From positions 1 to 64,000 of the forward strand of contig CAVXTP010000018.1 in assembly GCA_963764715.1 (NCBI GenBank): a stretch of 64,000 nt of DNA, written 5' to 3'. Under the pieces are notes generated by a model. It saw nothing but the letters and a program-made list of their open reading frames with translations, searched no databases and was not told where the DNA came from. The DNA comes from an uncultured Acidobacteriota bacterium (GTDB lineage Bacteria; Acidobacteriota; Thermoanaerobaculia; UBA5066; Gp7-AA6). The position numbers and the translations under genes were made by a program. Below, piece by piece: positions 8,874 through 19,611 of this stretch (position 1 is the first letter of the stretch; every line of letters begins with the position of its first letter).

Positions 8874-9392
8874 ATGAGCGCTCGGGTGAGAATGCTGTTT
8901 CCGCTGGCGGCGGCCGTCGTGGCCGCGGCGGCTTTCGCGTCGGTCGGGGCCGACTCGATCCAGAACTTCCATCGAATCAACGACCGCGTCGCCGTCGGCG
9001 GCCAGCCGACGCCGGAGCAGATCAAGGCGCTGGGCGAGGAAGGCTTCAACGCGATCATCAACTTGCGCGAGGAGTCCGAGTTCAACGACGGGGCTCAGTT
9101 TCACGAGGCCCGCGACGCGGGAGTCCTGTTCGTCCGGGTCCCGTTCTCGATGGAGAACCCCACCGACGCGCAGGTCGCGAAGTTTCTGGAGGTCACCGAC
9201 GACCAGTCGCTCTATCCGGTCTACATTTACTGCGCCGAGGGCAACCGCGCGGCGGGCCTCTGGATGATCCGCCGGGTGGTGCGCGACCACTGGACGTTCG
9301 AGAAGGCCGAGGCCGAGGCGAAGGCCGCGGGCCTGACGAAGCCCGGGACGATCGAGTTCGCCCGCGGCTACATCGCGCGTCACAAGTCCTAG
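8874..9392 (+). CDS. Secreted PTP-fold phosphatase/sulfurtransferase-like protein (DUF442-like)
   Basis: Signal peptide; GGQPT, IINLR and YCAEGNRA (CX5R) motifs. Confidence 0.75.
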   Translation: MSARVRMLFPLAAAVVAAAAFASVGADSIQNFHRINDRVAVGGQPTPEQIKALGEEGFNAIINLREESEFNDGAQFHEARDAGVLFVRVPFSMENPTDAQVAKFLEVTDDQSLYPVYIYCAEGNRAAGLWMIRRVVRDHWTFEKAEAEAKAAGLTKPGTIEFARGYIARHKS

Positions 9393-9407
9393 CGGAGGAG
9401 GCGTCTC

Positions 9408-9854
9408 GTGAAACCCATTCGCAACATCCTGGTCGCGACCGATTTCTCGCCGGCGTCCCGCCCGGCCTTCCGCCGCGCCGTCGAGATGGCCTCCGAGAAC
9501 GGCGCCGCGCTCTGGATCGCGCATGTCGCGTCGCCGCCCGCCCCGATGTCCCCGGAGGGATTCGTCCTGCCGCGCTTCTACGAGGACATGAACGTCGCCA
9601 TCCGGACCGACGCCCAGAAGCGCCTGCGGAGCCTGCTCGCGCGGGCGCGCAAGGCCGGCGTTCGGGCCCGGTCCATCATCCTGAATGGCGTCCCGCACGA
9701 CGCGCTGAACCGCGCCGCGCGGAGGCATCGCGCGGATCTCCTCGTCATGGGGACCCACGGGCGGACGGGGGTCGCGAAGCTCTTCGTCGGCAGCGTGGCC
9801 TCGCGGGTCGTCGCGACGTCGCGTTGCCCCGTGCTCACGATCCGGGGCCACTAG
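9408..9854 (+). CDS. Universal stress protein
   Basis: ILVATDFS...VMGTHGRTG..GSVA. Confidence 0.92.
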   Translation: MKPIRNILVATDFSPASRPAFRRAVEMASENGAALWIAHVASPPAPMSPEGFVLPRFYEDMNVAIRTDAQKRLRSLLARARKAGVRARSIILNGVPHDALNRAARRHRADLLVMGTHGRTGVAKLFVGSVASRVVATSRCPVLTIRGH

Positions 9855-9873
9855 GCGCGCCGGGAAGGCGGTC

Positions 9874-11070
9874 GTGGAAAGCGCCGTCGCCGCGCCCGCC
9901 CGCATCGCCGGCGGGGTGTCCGGCCGGGTGGTGCGCCGGGCGATCTGGCTCGTCGCAGCCGCCGCGCTCGTGGTCGGGCTGCGGCTGACCCTTTTCCGCC
10001 CCGCGCGCGTCCCGGTGACGGTGTTTCGCGCGGCGTCCGGACGCGTCGAGGAGAGCGTCACCAACAGCAAGGCGGGAACCGTGAAATCCCGGCGCCGCGC
10101 CGAGCTCTCGCCCGAGATCGGGGGCCGCGTCCTGGAGCTCCCGGCCGCCAAGGGCGCCCGCGTCCGCCGCGGAGACGTCCTCATGCGGATCGCCGAGGGG
10201 GATTACCGGGCGCAGGTCGACGTCCAGCAGAGCGCGCTCGAAGCGGCGATGTCGGCCCGCGTCGAGGCATGCCGGACGGCGGAACAGCTCGACCGCGAGC
10301 TCGCCCGCAACCAGGCGCTCTCGCGCGAGAAGCTCGTCTCCGTCGAGTCGCTCGACCAGCTGCAGAGCCGGCGCGATGCGGCGGCGGCGGCGTGCGAGAC
10401 GGCCCGGGCGAAGATCGGCCAGGCGCGGGCCGGCCTCGTCGCGGCGCAGGTCAACCTCGAGAAGACGGTGCTCCGGGCGCCGTTCGACGGCGTCGTCGCG
10501 GAGGTGAAGACGGAAGTCGGCGAGTGGATCACGCCGTCGCCGCCCGCTCTTCCGATCCCGCCGGTCCTCGTGCTGTTCGACCCGGGCGCGACCTACGTGA
10601 GCGCGCCGATGGACGAGGTCGACGTCGGAAAGGTCCGGGCCGGCCAGGCGGTCCGCGTCACGTTCGACGCGTTCCCCGGCCGATCGTTCCCGGGCCGGGT
10701 CACCCGCGTGGCGCCCTACGTCCAGGACGTGCAGGAACAGAACCGCGTGTTCGAGATCGAGGCCGAGCTCGAGGACGAGGCTTTCGCGCGCACGCTGCCG
10801 CCGGGGACCTCGGCGGACGTCGAGGTCGTTCTCGCGGCGCGCGACGGCGTGCTCCGGATCCCGAGCTCGGCGATCCTCGAGGGAGACCGCGTCCTCGTCG
10901 CGCGCGACGGCCGGCTCGAGTCCCGCCCGGTGACCGTGGGCCTGAGGAACTGGCAGTTCGCCGAGGTCCGGAAGGGCCTCGGTCCGGGGGACGCGGTCGT
11001 GGTCTCGCTCGACCGCGCGGAGGTCCGGGAGGGTGTCCGCGCGGAGATCACCGCGGAAACGGCGCGGTGA
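9874..11070 (+). CDS. MacA-like periplasmic adaptor (membrane fusion protein)
   Basis: N-terminal TM, coiled coil, LRAPFDGVV, GTSADVEV. Confidence 0.88.
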   Translation: MESAVAAPARIAGGVSGRVVRRAIWLVAAAALVVGLRLTLFRPARVPVTVFRAASGRVEESVTNSKAGTVKSRRRAELSPEIGGRVLELPAAKGARVRRGDVLMRIAEGDYRAQVDVQQSALEAAMSARVEACRTAEQLDRELARNQALSREKLVSVESLDQLQSRRDAAAAACETARAKIGQARAGLVAAQVNLEKTVLRAPFDGVVAEVKTEVGEWITPSPPALPIPPVLVLFDPGATYVSAPMDEVDVGKVRAGQAVRVTFDAFPGRSFPGRVTRVAPYVQDVQEQNRVFEIEAELEDEAFARTLPPGTSADVEVVLAARDGVLRIPSSAILEGDRVLVARDGRLESRPVTVGLRNWQFAEVRKGLGPGDAVVVSLDRAEVREGVRAEITAETAR

Positions 11071-11789
11071 TCGAGCTTTCCGGGGTCGGCCGGGAGTTCC
11101 GGGTCGGGGGCCGGCCCGTCCACGCCCTCAAGTCGATCGACCTGACGATCCCCGACGGGGACTACTGCTCGATCATGGGCCCGTCGGGCTCGGGCAAGTC
11201 CACGCTGCTGAACATCCTGGGCTGCCTCGACCGGCCGACGGCCGGATCCTACCGGCTCGACGGACGGGAGGTCGCGCGGCTCGACGACGACGAGCTCTCG
11301 CACGTTCGACGCCACCGGATCGGCTTCGTCTTCCAGTTCTACCACCTCGTTCCCCGCCTGACCGCCGCGGGCAACGTCGAGTTGCCGATGATCTTCGCCG
11401 GCGTCGAGCGCCGCGAGCGCGCGGCGCGGGTCGCGCGGTCCCTCGAGGAGGTCGGTCTCTCCGAACGCGCCGACCACCTCTCCGAGCAGCTCTCGGGCGG
11501 CGAACGGCAGAGGGTGGCGATCGCCCGGGCCGTCGTGATGGGGCCGTCGCTGCTGCTCGCCGACGAGCCGACCGGAAACCTCGACACGGCGGCCGGCGCG
11601 GAGATCGTGAGGCTCCTCGAGGGGATGAACTCTCGCGGCCTGACCCTGGTGGTCGTGACGCACGACCCGGCGATCGGGCGCCGGGCGCGGCACCGCCTGC
11701 GCCTGGTGGACGGGTCGATCGAGCGCGAGGAGCGGGACGCCTCGGGAGCAGGAGCGGTTTCGGCGGCGGTGGCGGGGGCGGCCTCGTGA
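11067..11789 (+). CDS. ABC transporter ATP-binding protein (MacB/LolD family)
   Basis: GPSGSGKST, LSGGERQR, DEPTGNLD; GTGA overlap with the previous gene. Confidence 0.93.
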   Translation: MIELSGVGREFRVGGRPVHALKSIDLTIPDGDYCSIMGPSGSGKSTLLNILGCLDRPTAGSYRLDGREVARLDDDELSHVRRHRIGFVFQFYHLVPRLTAAGNVELPMIFAGVERRERAARVARSLEEVGLSERADHLSEQLSGGERQRVAIARAVVMGPSLLLADEPTGNLDTAAGAEIVRLLEGMNSRGLTLVVVTHDPAIGRRARHRLRLVDGSIEREERDASGAGAVSAAVAGAAS

Positions 11790-12991
11790 ACGCCCGCGAT
11801 CTCGTCGCCTTCTCGGTCCGGGCCCTCCGCGGCCACCGGCTGCGCACCGGGCTGTCGCTCGCGGGCGTCGCGATCGGAGTCGCCTCGGTCGTCCTCCTGA
11901 CGAGCCTCGGCGAGGGGGCGCGGCTCTACGTGACCGGCGAGTTCGCCAACCTCGGCACCAACCTCCTCATCGTCCTCCCGGGCAAGACCGAGACGACGGG
12001 TGTGACGCCGTTCGTGACGGGCGCGCCGCACGACCTCACGCTCGAGGACGCCGACGCCATCGGCAAGCGCGTGCGCTCGATCCGGCGCTTCGCCCCGCTC
12101 ACGCGCGGCGCGGCCCCGGCCGGTCGGGGCGAGCGCCGCCGCGACGTGACGGTGACGGGGACCTCCGCCGAATTCCTCGCGGTGCGCAACCTCGCGATCC
12201 AGACCGGCCGCTTCCTGCCGGCGGGCGAGGCGGCCCGCGAGCAGCGCGTGTGCGTCGTCGGGTCGACCGTGCGCCGGGAGCTCTTCGGCGCCGAGAATCC
12301 GCTGGGCGAGTGGCTGCGCCTGGGCGACGAGCGCTTCCGGATCATCGGCGTCCTCGCGCCGCGGGGCATGTCGATCGGCATGGACATGGACGACATGGTG
12401 TTCGTGCCGATCGGAAGAGCCATGAAGATGTTCAACCAGTCCGGCCTCTTCCGGCTGCTGCTCGAGGTCCGGTCGCACGACGAGATCCCGGCCGCCGAGG
12501 AGGCCGTGCGGCGGGTCCTGATGGAGCGCCACGACGGCGAGGACGACGTGACGATGCTGACACAGGACTCGGTCCTCGCGACCTTCGGCCGCATTCTGGC
12601 CCTGCTGACGGCCGCGCTCGTCGGCATCGCCGCGATCTCGCTGACGGTGGCGGGCATCGGAATCATGAACGTGATGCTCGTCTCGGTCTCGGAGCGCCGG
12701 CGCGAGATCGGGCTGCTGAAGGCGGTCGGCGTGACCGCCCGGCAGGTCGTCGCCGTCTTCCTGGTCGAGGCCGCGCTGCTCTCGACCTCGGGCGGGGTTC
12801 TCGGGCTCGCCGTGGCGTTCGCGGGAACCGGGCTGCTCCGCGGCCTGTACCCGGCCTTTCCGGCGCAGCCGCCGCCGTGGGCGGTCGGCGCCGCCCTGTT
12901 CGTCTCGATCTCGGTGGGCCTCGCCTTCGGGGCGGCGCCGGCGCGCCGCGCCTCCCGCCTCGACCCGATCGTGGCCCTGGCAAGGCGATGA
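11786..12991 (+). CDS. MacB-like ABC permease
   Basis: GIGIMNVMLVSVSERRREIGLLKAVG; RASRLDPI. Confidence 0.9.
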   Translation: MNARDLVAFSVRALRGHRLRTGLSLAGVAIGVASVVLLTSLGEGARLYVTGEFANLGTNLLIVLPGKTETTGVTPFVTGAPHDLTLEDADAIGKRVRSIRRFAPLTRGAAPAGRGERRRDVTVTGTSAEFLAVRNLAIQTGRFLPAGEAAREQRVCVVGSTVRRELFGAENPLGEWLRLGDERFRIIGVLAPRGMSIGMDMDDMVFVPIGRAMKMFNQSGLFRLLLEVRSHDEIPAAEEAVRRVLMERHDGEDDVTMLTQDSVLATFGRILALLTAALVGIAAISLTVAGIGIMNVMLVSVSERRREIGLLKAVGVTARQVVAVFLVEAALLSTSGGVLGLAVAFAGTGLLRGLYPAFPAQPPPWAVGAALFVSISVGLAFGAAPARRASRLDPIVALARR

Positions 12992-14196
12992 GCGCTCGGG
13001 GCATGCGCGAGGCGCTTCGCCTGGCCATGGGGGCCGTGGCGGCCCGCCGCCTGCGCTCGGCGCTGACGGTGCTCGGCGTCGTCATCGGCGTCGCCTCCGT
13101 CATCCTGCTGACGTCGCTCGGCGAAGGGACCCGCCGCTACATCGTCGAGGAGTTCACGCAGTTCGGGACGCACATCCTCTCCATCAACAAGGGCAAGGCC
13201 ACGACGAGCGGCATGCCGGGGCTCTCGGCGACGGTGCGAAAGCTGACGATCGAAGACTCCGAGGCGCTGAAGCGAGTCCGCGGCATGGAGATCGTCCTGC
13301 CGGGGGCCTACGGCACGGCGGCGGTCGAGTTCGGGGACCGGTCCCGGCGCGTTCTCGTCTCCGGCGTGACCTCCGACATGCCGCGCGTGTTCAAGTTCGG
13401 CGTCCGGCAGGGCCGCTTCCTGCCGCCGGGCGATCCGCGGCGAGGCAGTCCCCAGGCCGTCCTCGGGCCCAAGCTCGCGCACGAGCTCTTCGGCGAGTCG
13501 AACCCGCTCGGCGAGCGCGTCCGCATCGGCGGCCGGCGGTTCCTCGTCATCGGCGTCATGGAGCCCAAGGGCCAGATCCTCGGCTTCGACATGGACGATC
13601 GGGCGTACATTCCGGTCGCGGTCGCGCAGAGCCTCTTCAACCAGGACGAGCTGACCGAGATCCACGCGCTCTTCTCGAGCGACATCCCCGCCGCCCGGAT
13701 CAAGGCCGCGGTGCGGCAGGCCCTCATGGCGCGGCACGACGGCGAGGAGGACTTCACGATCACGACCGAGACCGAAATGCTCGACGTGCTCGGCCGCGTG
13801 CTCTCGATGGTCAGCCTCGCGGTGGCGGGCATCGCCGCGATCTCGCTCGTCGTCGGGGCGATCGGGATCCTGACCATGATGTGGATCGCGGTCGGCGAGC
13901 GCACGGGCGAGATCGGCCTCATGCGGGCCGTCGGCGCGACGCGGCGGCAGGTCCAGCGCCTCTATCTGCTGGAGGCGGTCATGCTGTCCTCGGCCGGCGG
14001 CCTGGCCGGCGTTCTCGCGGGCTTCGGTCTGGGCGCCCTGATCCGCGTCTTCGCCCCGGGCCTTCCCCTCGAGACGAAGCCGGGTTACGTCGCGGCCGCC
14101 CTCGCCGTGAGCTTCGCCGTGGGCGTGGCGAGCGGCGTGCTGCCCGCGCGACGGGCCGCCTCGCTCGATCCCCTCGAGGCGCTGCGGGCGGAGTAG
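12988..14196 (+). CDS. MacB-like ABC permease (second copy)
   Basis: ERTGEIGLMRAVGA; PARRAASLDPLEALRAE. Confidence 0.9.
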   Translation: MSARGMREALRLAMGAVAARRLRSALTVLGVVIGVASVILLTSLGEGTRRYIVEEFTQFGTHILSINKGKATTSGMPGLSATVRKLTIEDSEALKRVRGMEIVLPGAYGTAAVEFGDRSRRVLVSGVTSDMPRVFKFGVRQGRFLPPGDPRRGSPQAVLGPKLAHELFGESNPLGERVRIGGRRFLVIGVMEPKGQILGFDMDDRAYIPVAVAQSLFNQDELTEIHALFSSDIPAARIKAAVRQALMARHDGEEDFTITTETEMLDVLGRVLSMVSLAVAGIAAISLVVGAIGILTMMWIAVGERTGEIGLMRAVGATRRQVQRLYLLEAVMLSSAGGLAGVLAGFGLGALIRVFAPGLPLETKPGYVAAALAVSFAVGVASGVLPARRAASLDPLEALRAE

Positions 14197-14209
14197 TCGG
14201 CCGCCGCGG

Positions 14210-16732
14210 CTACCGGGCGGCGAGCCGGCGCAGGCGGTCGAGGATCTCGAGCGCGACGATTCCGGCGAGGCCCGCGCCGATCCCCAGGGCGGCGTCCGGG
14301 GGCCGGATCCCCGAAAAGTGAAAGAGCTCCCGGAGCCCGGGCAGGGCGAGGACGAGAAGCAGCGTCGCCGCCGCGAGCCCCGCGATCCAGCGGAGGGCGA
14401 GGTTGTGCCGCACGAGTGATTCGAGGGCGGTGTGCTCGAGGGACCGGTGCGCGAGGACGAGGCCGAGATTGCCCACGACGAGGGTGGCGAAGGCCGCGCC
14501 CCGGGCGGCTCCGACCGGGTGCCCGAGAAGAAACCCCCCGGCATAGACCGCCAGGGCCGCGGCGAGGACGACGCCTCCGCGCACCAGGGAGAGGGCCAGG
14601 CTCCGCGCGGAAAGCAGAGGGGCGTTCGGGGGGCGGGGTGGCCTCCGCATGACGTCGTCCTCGGCCGGCTCCGCCTCGAAGGCGATCGAGCTGACGGGAT
14701 CGATGATGAGCTCGAGGAAGACGATCTGGACGGGCAGGAGCAGCAGCGGCCACCCGAGGAGCACCGGCACCAGGGCCATCCCCGCGATCGAAACGTGAAC
14801 GGCGACGAGATAGGACGTCGCCTTCTTGAGGTTGTCGAAGATGCGCCGGCCGAGCCGGATCGCCGCGACGATCGAGGCGAAGTCATCGTCGAGAAGCACC
14901 AGGGCCGCCGCCTCCCGCGCGACGTCGGTGCCGCGGCCGCCCATCGCGATGCCGATGTGGGCGGCCTTCAGGGCCGGCGCATCGTTGACGCCGTCGCCCG
15001 TCATGACGACGACCTCGCCTCGCGCCTTGAGGGCCTCGACGAGTCGGAGCTTCTGCGCCGGAACGATGCGCGCGAAAACCGAGATTTCGCCGATCCCGGC
15101 GGCGAGCGCGGCGTCGTCGAGGTCTTCGAGCATGGCCCCGGTCATCGGATCGGCGTCGGGCAGGCCGATCTCGCGCGCCACCCGGACGGCGGTGACCGGA
15201 TAGTCCCCGGTGATCATCACGACGCGGATGCCGGCCGAGCGGGCGTCCTCGATCGCCGCGCGCGCCGACGGCCGCAGCGGATCTTCGAGGCCGAGGAGCC
15301 CGAGGAGCTCGAACGGAAAATCGTGGGACCGGGGCGGCAGCTCCGACGGCTGAAAGCGGGCCTTCGCGACGGCGAGCACGCGCAGCCCGTCGCGGGCGAG
15401 CTCCTCGACGCGGGAGGTGAGGCGGCGCGTCGCGGCTTCGGGAAGGTGGCACAGGTCTGCGATGGCCTCGGGCGCCCCCTTCGCCGCGATGACGAACTCC
15501 GCGAGTCCGCGCGACTTCCATGCGTGGGCCACGGCCAGGAGCTCGGGCGACAGCGGATATTCGCGGAGGAGCTCCCAGTCGTCGTGGAGGTGCTCAGTCC
15601 GGGCCAGCGTGCGCAGGCCGAACTCGCGGATCGCCTGCTCCATCGGGTCGAAAGGCGTGCGCTGGCTCGCCAGGATCGCGAACTCCACGAGCTCGTGAAA
15701 CGCGTCGGGAAGCGTCGACGCATCGGCGACGTCGAGCACTCGGTCGCCGGCGACGACGCGCGCCAGGGCCATTCGATTGATTGTCAGGGTCCCCGTCTTG
15801 TCGACGCACAGGACCGTGGCGGCGCCGAGCGCCTCGACCGCCGGGATCCTTCGCGTCAGGACCCGCTGGCGCGAGATCCTCCAGGCGCCCAGAGCGAGGA
15901 ACACCGTCAGAACCACGGGAAACTCTTCCGGGAGCACGGACATCGCCACGGCCAGGCCGGCGAGCAATCCTTCGAGCAGGTTCCCGCGGGAGCGGGAGTA
16001 GAGGACGACGATCAGCAGGCACACCGCGATCCCCACCGCCCCGAGCCTTCGGACGATGCGGCCGATCTCGCGCTGGAGGGGGCTCTTCTCCTGAGGGATC
16101 GACCGGAGCGCCTGGCCGATGCGGCCCATCTCGGTCGCGGGCCCGGTCGCCGTGACCTCGGCGAGACCCTGCCCGGAGACGACGAGTGTTCCGGCGAAGA
16201 CACGCGCGGCCGGGTCGGCGGGGCGCCCGCTGGCGGGCGCGGATTCGCGCTTCTCGACCGGAACGGATTCCCCCGTCAGGAGCGACTCGTCCACGGAGAG
16301 GTTCGACAGCCACCGGACCTCGCCGTCGGCGGCGATGCGGTCTCCCTCGGAAACGATCAGCAGGTCGCCCCGGACGACCTCGCGTCCGGCGATGCGCGCC
16401 TGCGTCGAGTCGCGGATGACCCGCGCGCGCGGGCTCGCGAGATCGCGCAGCTTTTCGAGCGAGCGCTCGGTGCGGCGGCTCTGGAGGAGCGAGATGCCGA
16501 TCACGGCGGCGATCGACGCCAGCAGGATGGCGGCTTCGGCGGGGTCGCCGAGCGCGAAGTAGATCGCCCCGGAGGCCACGAGCAGCAGGATCATCGGCTC
16601 GCGCAGGACTTCCCCGGCGAGCGCCGCGAGGCCTCGCCGCTTCGCCTCCGCGATCTCGTTGGGGCCGTCCTTCGCGAGCCGCGCCCGGGCCTCTTCGGAA
16701 GAGAGCCCCTGGAACGCGCTTCCGTCGCGCAA
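14210..16732 (-). CDS. P-type cation-transporting ATPase (P2/CtpF-like)
   Basis: LTGES, DKTGTLT, KGAPE, TGDGVNDAPAL. Confidence 0.93.
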   Translation of the reverse strand: MRDGSAFQGLSSEEARARLAKDGPNEIAEAKRRGLAALAGEVLREPMILLLVASGAIYFALGDPAEAAILLASIAAVIGISLLQSRRTERSLEKLRDLASPRARVIRDSTQARIAGREVVRGDLLIVSEGDRIAADGEVRWLSNLSVDESLLTGESVPVEKRESAPASGRPADPAARVFAGTLVVSGQGLAEVTATGPATEMGRIGQALRSIPQEKSPLQREIGRIVRRLGAVGIAVCLLIVVLYSRSRGNLLEGLLAGLAVAMSVLPEEFPVVLTVFLALGAWRISRQRVLTRRIPAVEALGAATVLCVDKTGTLTINRMALARVVAGDRVLDVADASTLPDAFHELVEFAILASQRTPFDPMEQAIREFGLRTLARTEHLHDDWELLREYPLSPELLAVAHAWKSRGLAEFVIAAKGAPEAIADLCHLPEAATRRLTSRVEELARDGLRVLAVAKARFQPSELPPRSHDFPFELLGLLGLEDPLRPSARAAIEDARSAGIRVVMITGDYPVTAVRVAREIGLPDADPMTGAMLEDLDDAALAAGIGEISVFARIVPAQKLRLVEALKARGEVVVMTGDGVNDAPALKAAHIGIAMGGRGTDVAREAAALVLLDDDFASIVAAIRLGRRIFDNLKKATSYLVAVHVSIAGMALVPVLLGWPLLLLPVQIVFLELIIDPVSSIAFEAEPAEDDVMRRPPRPPNAPLLSARSLALSLVRGGVVLAAALAVYAGGFLLGHPVGAARGAAFATLVVGNLGLVLAHRSLEHTALESLVRHNLALRWIAGLAAATLLLVLALPGLRELFHFSGIRPPDAALGIGAGLAGIVALEILDRLRRLAAR

Positions 16733-16739
16733 TTCGGCC

Positions 16740-19445
16740 CTAGTACGCGATCCGCCGCGAGGGGGGAAGCACCGGGCGGCGCTCGATCCGGACGCGCGCG
16801 TCGACGACGCGCAGGCCCTTGCCGAGCACCTTGACGGGGTTCAGGTCCATCTCGCGCACTTCCGGGCAGGCCTCGACGAGGGCCGAGAGCCGCAGCAGCA
16901 GGTCGCGCAGCGCGGCCTCGTCGTGGCGCGGAGCGCCGCGGTACCCGCGCAGGAGCGCCGTGCCGCGAACTTCGTCGAGCATCGCCTCGACGTCCGCGTC
17001 GGTCAGCGGCGGGAGGCGGAAGGCCACGTCCGAAAGCAGCTCGACGAGCGTGCCTCCGCTGCCGTAGAGCACGAGGGGCCCGAACGTCGGGTCGTTCGTG
17101 ACGCCGGCGATCACTTCGACCCCGCCCGCCACCATCGACTGGACGAGGTAGTCCGTGAGGTCGTCGCCGAGCCGCTTCTTCAGGTCCCGACAGGCGGCCT
17201 GGACGGCGGCCTCGTCGGCGAGGTTGAGGCGAACGCCTCCGACCTCGGTCTTGTGGAGGATCGTCGGGCCGACGGCCTTCAGCACGACGGGGAAGCCGAG
17301 CTCGCGCGCCGCCGCCGCCGCCTCGGAGTCGGTTCGCGCCAGCCGCATGGGGGCGACGGGAATCCCGAAGGACGACAGAAACTCGTCGGTCTCGAGCGGC
17401 GGGAGCCAGCCTCCGCCCCGCTCGAGCGTGCGCTCGACCACCGCCCGCGCGCGCGCCGGATCGAGGCCGTCGAGCTTCGGAACCTTGCCGACGGGCTGGC
17501 GCTTCCACTCCCCGTACGCCGCGGCCCGCGCGAGCGCGATGACCGCCGACTCGGGGAAGGGGTAGCACGGAATGGGCGCGAGGACCGGGGGCGCGCCCTT
17601 GGCGCTCATGAACGTCGCGAGGACCGGCTTGCGGGCGCCGCGCGCGCCGTCGACGATGGCCGACGCGACCTCGTCGGCATTGGAGGCGATGGGCGGAATG
17701 AAGATGACGACGAGGCTGTCGATCGCGTCGTCCGCGAGGAGGATCTTCTCGGCCCGGCGGTAGTGCTCCGGCGACGCCGAGGCCAGCATGTCGACGGGAT
17801 TCCCGACGCTCGCGGCCGCGGGAAGGAAGGCGCGCAGGGCCTCGATCGTCTTCGGCGAGAGCGCCGGGAGCTCCAGCCCCTTGGCCTCGCAGGCGTCGGC
17901 GGCGAGGATGCCGGGGCCGCCGGCGTTGGTCAGGATGCCGACGCGGCGGCCGCGCGGCACGGGCTGGTTGGCGAGGATCATCGCGACGTCGAAGAGCTCC
18001 TCCAGGGTCCCTGTCCGGATGACGCCGGCCTGGCGCAGGAGGGCGTCGACGACCTGGTCCGACTCGGCGAGCGCGCCGGTGTGGGAGCTGGCGGCCCGCG
18101 ACCCGGCCCGCGAACGGCCGGACTTGACGGCGATGATCGGCTTGCGGCGCGCGACGCGGCGGGCGATCTTCGAAAAGCGAATGGGATTGCCGAAGCTCTC
18201 GAGGTACAGCAGGATGACGTCGGTCCGCGGGTCCTCCGCCCAGTACTGGATGAGGTCGTTGCCCGAGACGTCCGCCTTGTTGCCGACCGAGACGAACGTC
18301 GAGATCCCGAGGTTGAGCTTGGAGGCGTAGTCGAGGAGAGCGAGCCCGAGCGCCCCGCTCTGGGACGAGAGCGCCACGCGGCCCTCAGGGGGGTAGATGG
18401 GCCCGAAGGTGGCGTTGAGGCGGAACTGGGGATCGGTGTTGACGAGGCCCATGCAGTTGGGGCCGACCATCCGCATCCCGGCGGCGCGCACCTTGTCGAG
18501 CAGGACCGCCTCGCGGCGCCGTCCCTCGTCGCCCGTCTCGGAGAAGCCCGCCGTGATGACCACGATCCCGGCGACGCCCTTGGCCGCGCACTCGTCCACG
18601 GCGGCCTCGACGCGGTCGCTCGGGACCGAGATCACGGCGAGGTCCACGGGCCCGGGGACGTCCGAGAGGCTCGGGTAGCAGCGGACGCCCTCGATCTCGG
18701 CGGCGCGCGGGTTGATCGGCACGAGCGTTCCGCGGAACACGTCGTGGAGGTTGTGGAAGATCTCGGCCCCGATCTTGCCGCGCTCGCGGCTGGCGCCGAT
18801 GACGGCCACGACCCCCGGCTCGAACAGGCGCTGCATCGACGCGAACGCGGCGCGCGCCGAGCGGTCGGCGGCGTGCTCCTCGAAGGCGGCCGTGGGCGTG
18901 ATCGACAGGACGATCCGCTCGACGCCGCTCTCCGTCCGCCGCTCGGTCGTCTCGAAGCCGCAGTTGCGGAAGACGTCGATCATGCGGCGGTTGTGGCCGA
19001 GGACCTCGGCTTCGAAGGTGTCGATGCCGTGGGCGCGGGCGATCTCCGCCAGCCGCTCGAGGAGCCGCGTCCCGACCCCCTGCCCCTGGAGCGGGTCCTC
19101 CACGGTGAAGGCGACCTCCGCCCGGTCGGGATGGTTCGGAAGCCGGAAGTAGTGGGCGACCGCGACGAGCCGGCCGGCGACCTCGCCGACGAGGGCGAAC
19201 TGGTCGTGGTAGTCGACGCGGCAGAAGCCCGCGGCCTTCTCGGCGTCGACCCGGGGAAGCGAGAAGAACCGGAAGTAGAGGCTGTCGGGGGAGAGCCGGC
19301 GGTAGAAGGCGAGCAGGGCGGCGGCGTCGTCCGGCCGGATGGGGCGCAGCCGCAGGGTCGAGCCCGAGCGCAGGACGACGTCGCGCTCTTCTTCCCTCGG
19401 ATAGGCGGCCTCGGCGGCGGGGGCGGATTTGGTTGTCTTGCGCAC
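16740..19445 (-). CDS. GNAT plus NDP-forming acyl-CoA synthetase fusion (Pat-type protein lysine acetyltransferase)
   Basis: N-terminal GNAT (QGQGVGTRLL), CoA-binding domain (VIGAS, GPNCMG), C-terminal ATP-grasp (HKTEVGGV, MDLNPV). Start GTG 19445 after GGAGGA. Confidence 0.88.
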   Translation of the reverse strand: MRKTTKSAPAAEAAYPREEERDVVLRSGSTLRLRPIRPDDAAALLAFYRRLSPDSLYFRFFSLPRVDAEKAAGFCRVDYHDQFALVGEVAGRLVAVAHYFRLPNHPDRAEVAFTVEDPLQGQGVGTRLLERLAEIARAHGIDTFEAEVLGHNRRMIDVFRNCGFETTERRTESGVERIVLSITPTAAFEEHAADRSARAAFASMQRLFEPGVVAVIGASRERGKIGAEIFHNLHDVFRGTLVPINPRAAEIEGVRCYPSLSDVPGPVDLAVISVPSDRVEAAVDECAAKGVAGIVVITAGFSETGDEGRRREAVLLDKVRAAGMRMVGPNCMGLVNTDPQFRLNATFGPIYPPEGRVALSSQSGALGLALLDYASKLNLGISTFVSVGNKADVSGNDLIQYWAEDPRTDVILLYLESFGNPIRFSKIARRVARRKPIIAVKSGRSRAGSRAASSHTGALAESDQVVDALLRQAGVIRTGTLEELFDVAMILANQPVPRGRRVGILTNAGGPGILAADACEAKGLELPALSPKTIEALRAFLPAAASVGNPVDMLASASPEHYRRAEKILLADDAIDSLVVIFIPPIASNADEVASAIVDGARGARKPVLATFMSAKGAPPVLAPIPCYPFPESAVIALARAAAYGEWKRQPVGKVPKLDGLDPARARAVVERTLERGGGWLPPLETDEFLSSFGIPVAPMRLARTDSEAAAAARELGFPVVLKAVGPTILHKTEVGGVRLNLADEAAVQAACRDLKKRLGDDLTDYLVQSMVAGGVEVIAGVTNDPTFGPLVLYGSGGTLVELLSDVAFRLPPLTDADVEAMLDEVRGTALLRGYRGAPRHDEAALRDLLLRLSALVEACPEVREMDLNPVKVLGKGLRVVDARVRIERRPVLPPSRRIAY

Positions 19446-19488
19446 GAATCCTCCGTTCGAAGGCTCGCGTGATCCGCGCGAACGAACC

Positions 19489-19504
19489 TGATGCGAATGG
19501 ATCA
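19489..19504. promoter_or_regulatory. TGATGC-N4-GCATCA box between the divergent Pat and PfkB genes
   Basis: TGATGCGAATGGATCA; candidate -10 TAGAGT at 19527-19532. Confidence 0.8.
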
Positions 19505-19611
19505 TAAGTGGAATTGCGGTTGCGCCTAGAGTCGGAATCACCGGGAGGTTCGCCATTGTGCAGCCAGCGGGGTCCACGCAGCGGGCGTCCTTTCCTCGGG
19601 CCGAAGGCCCG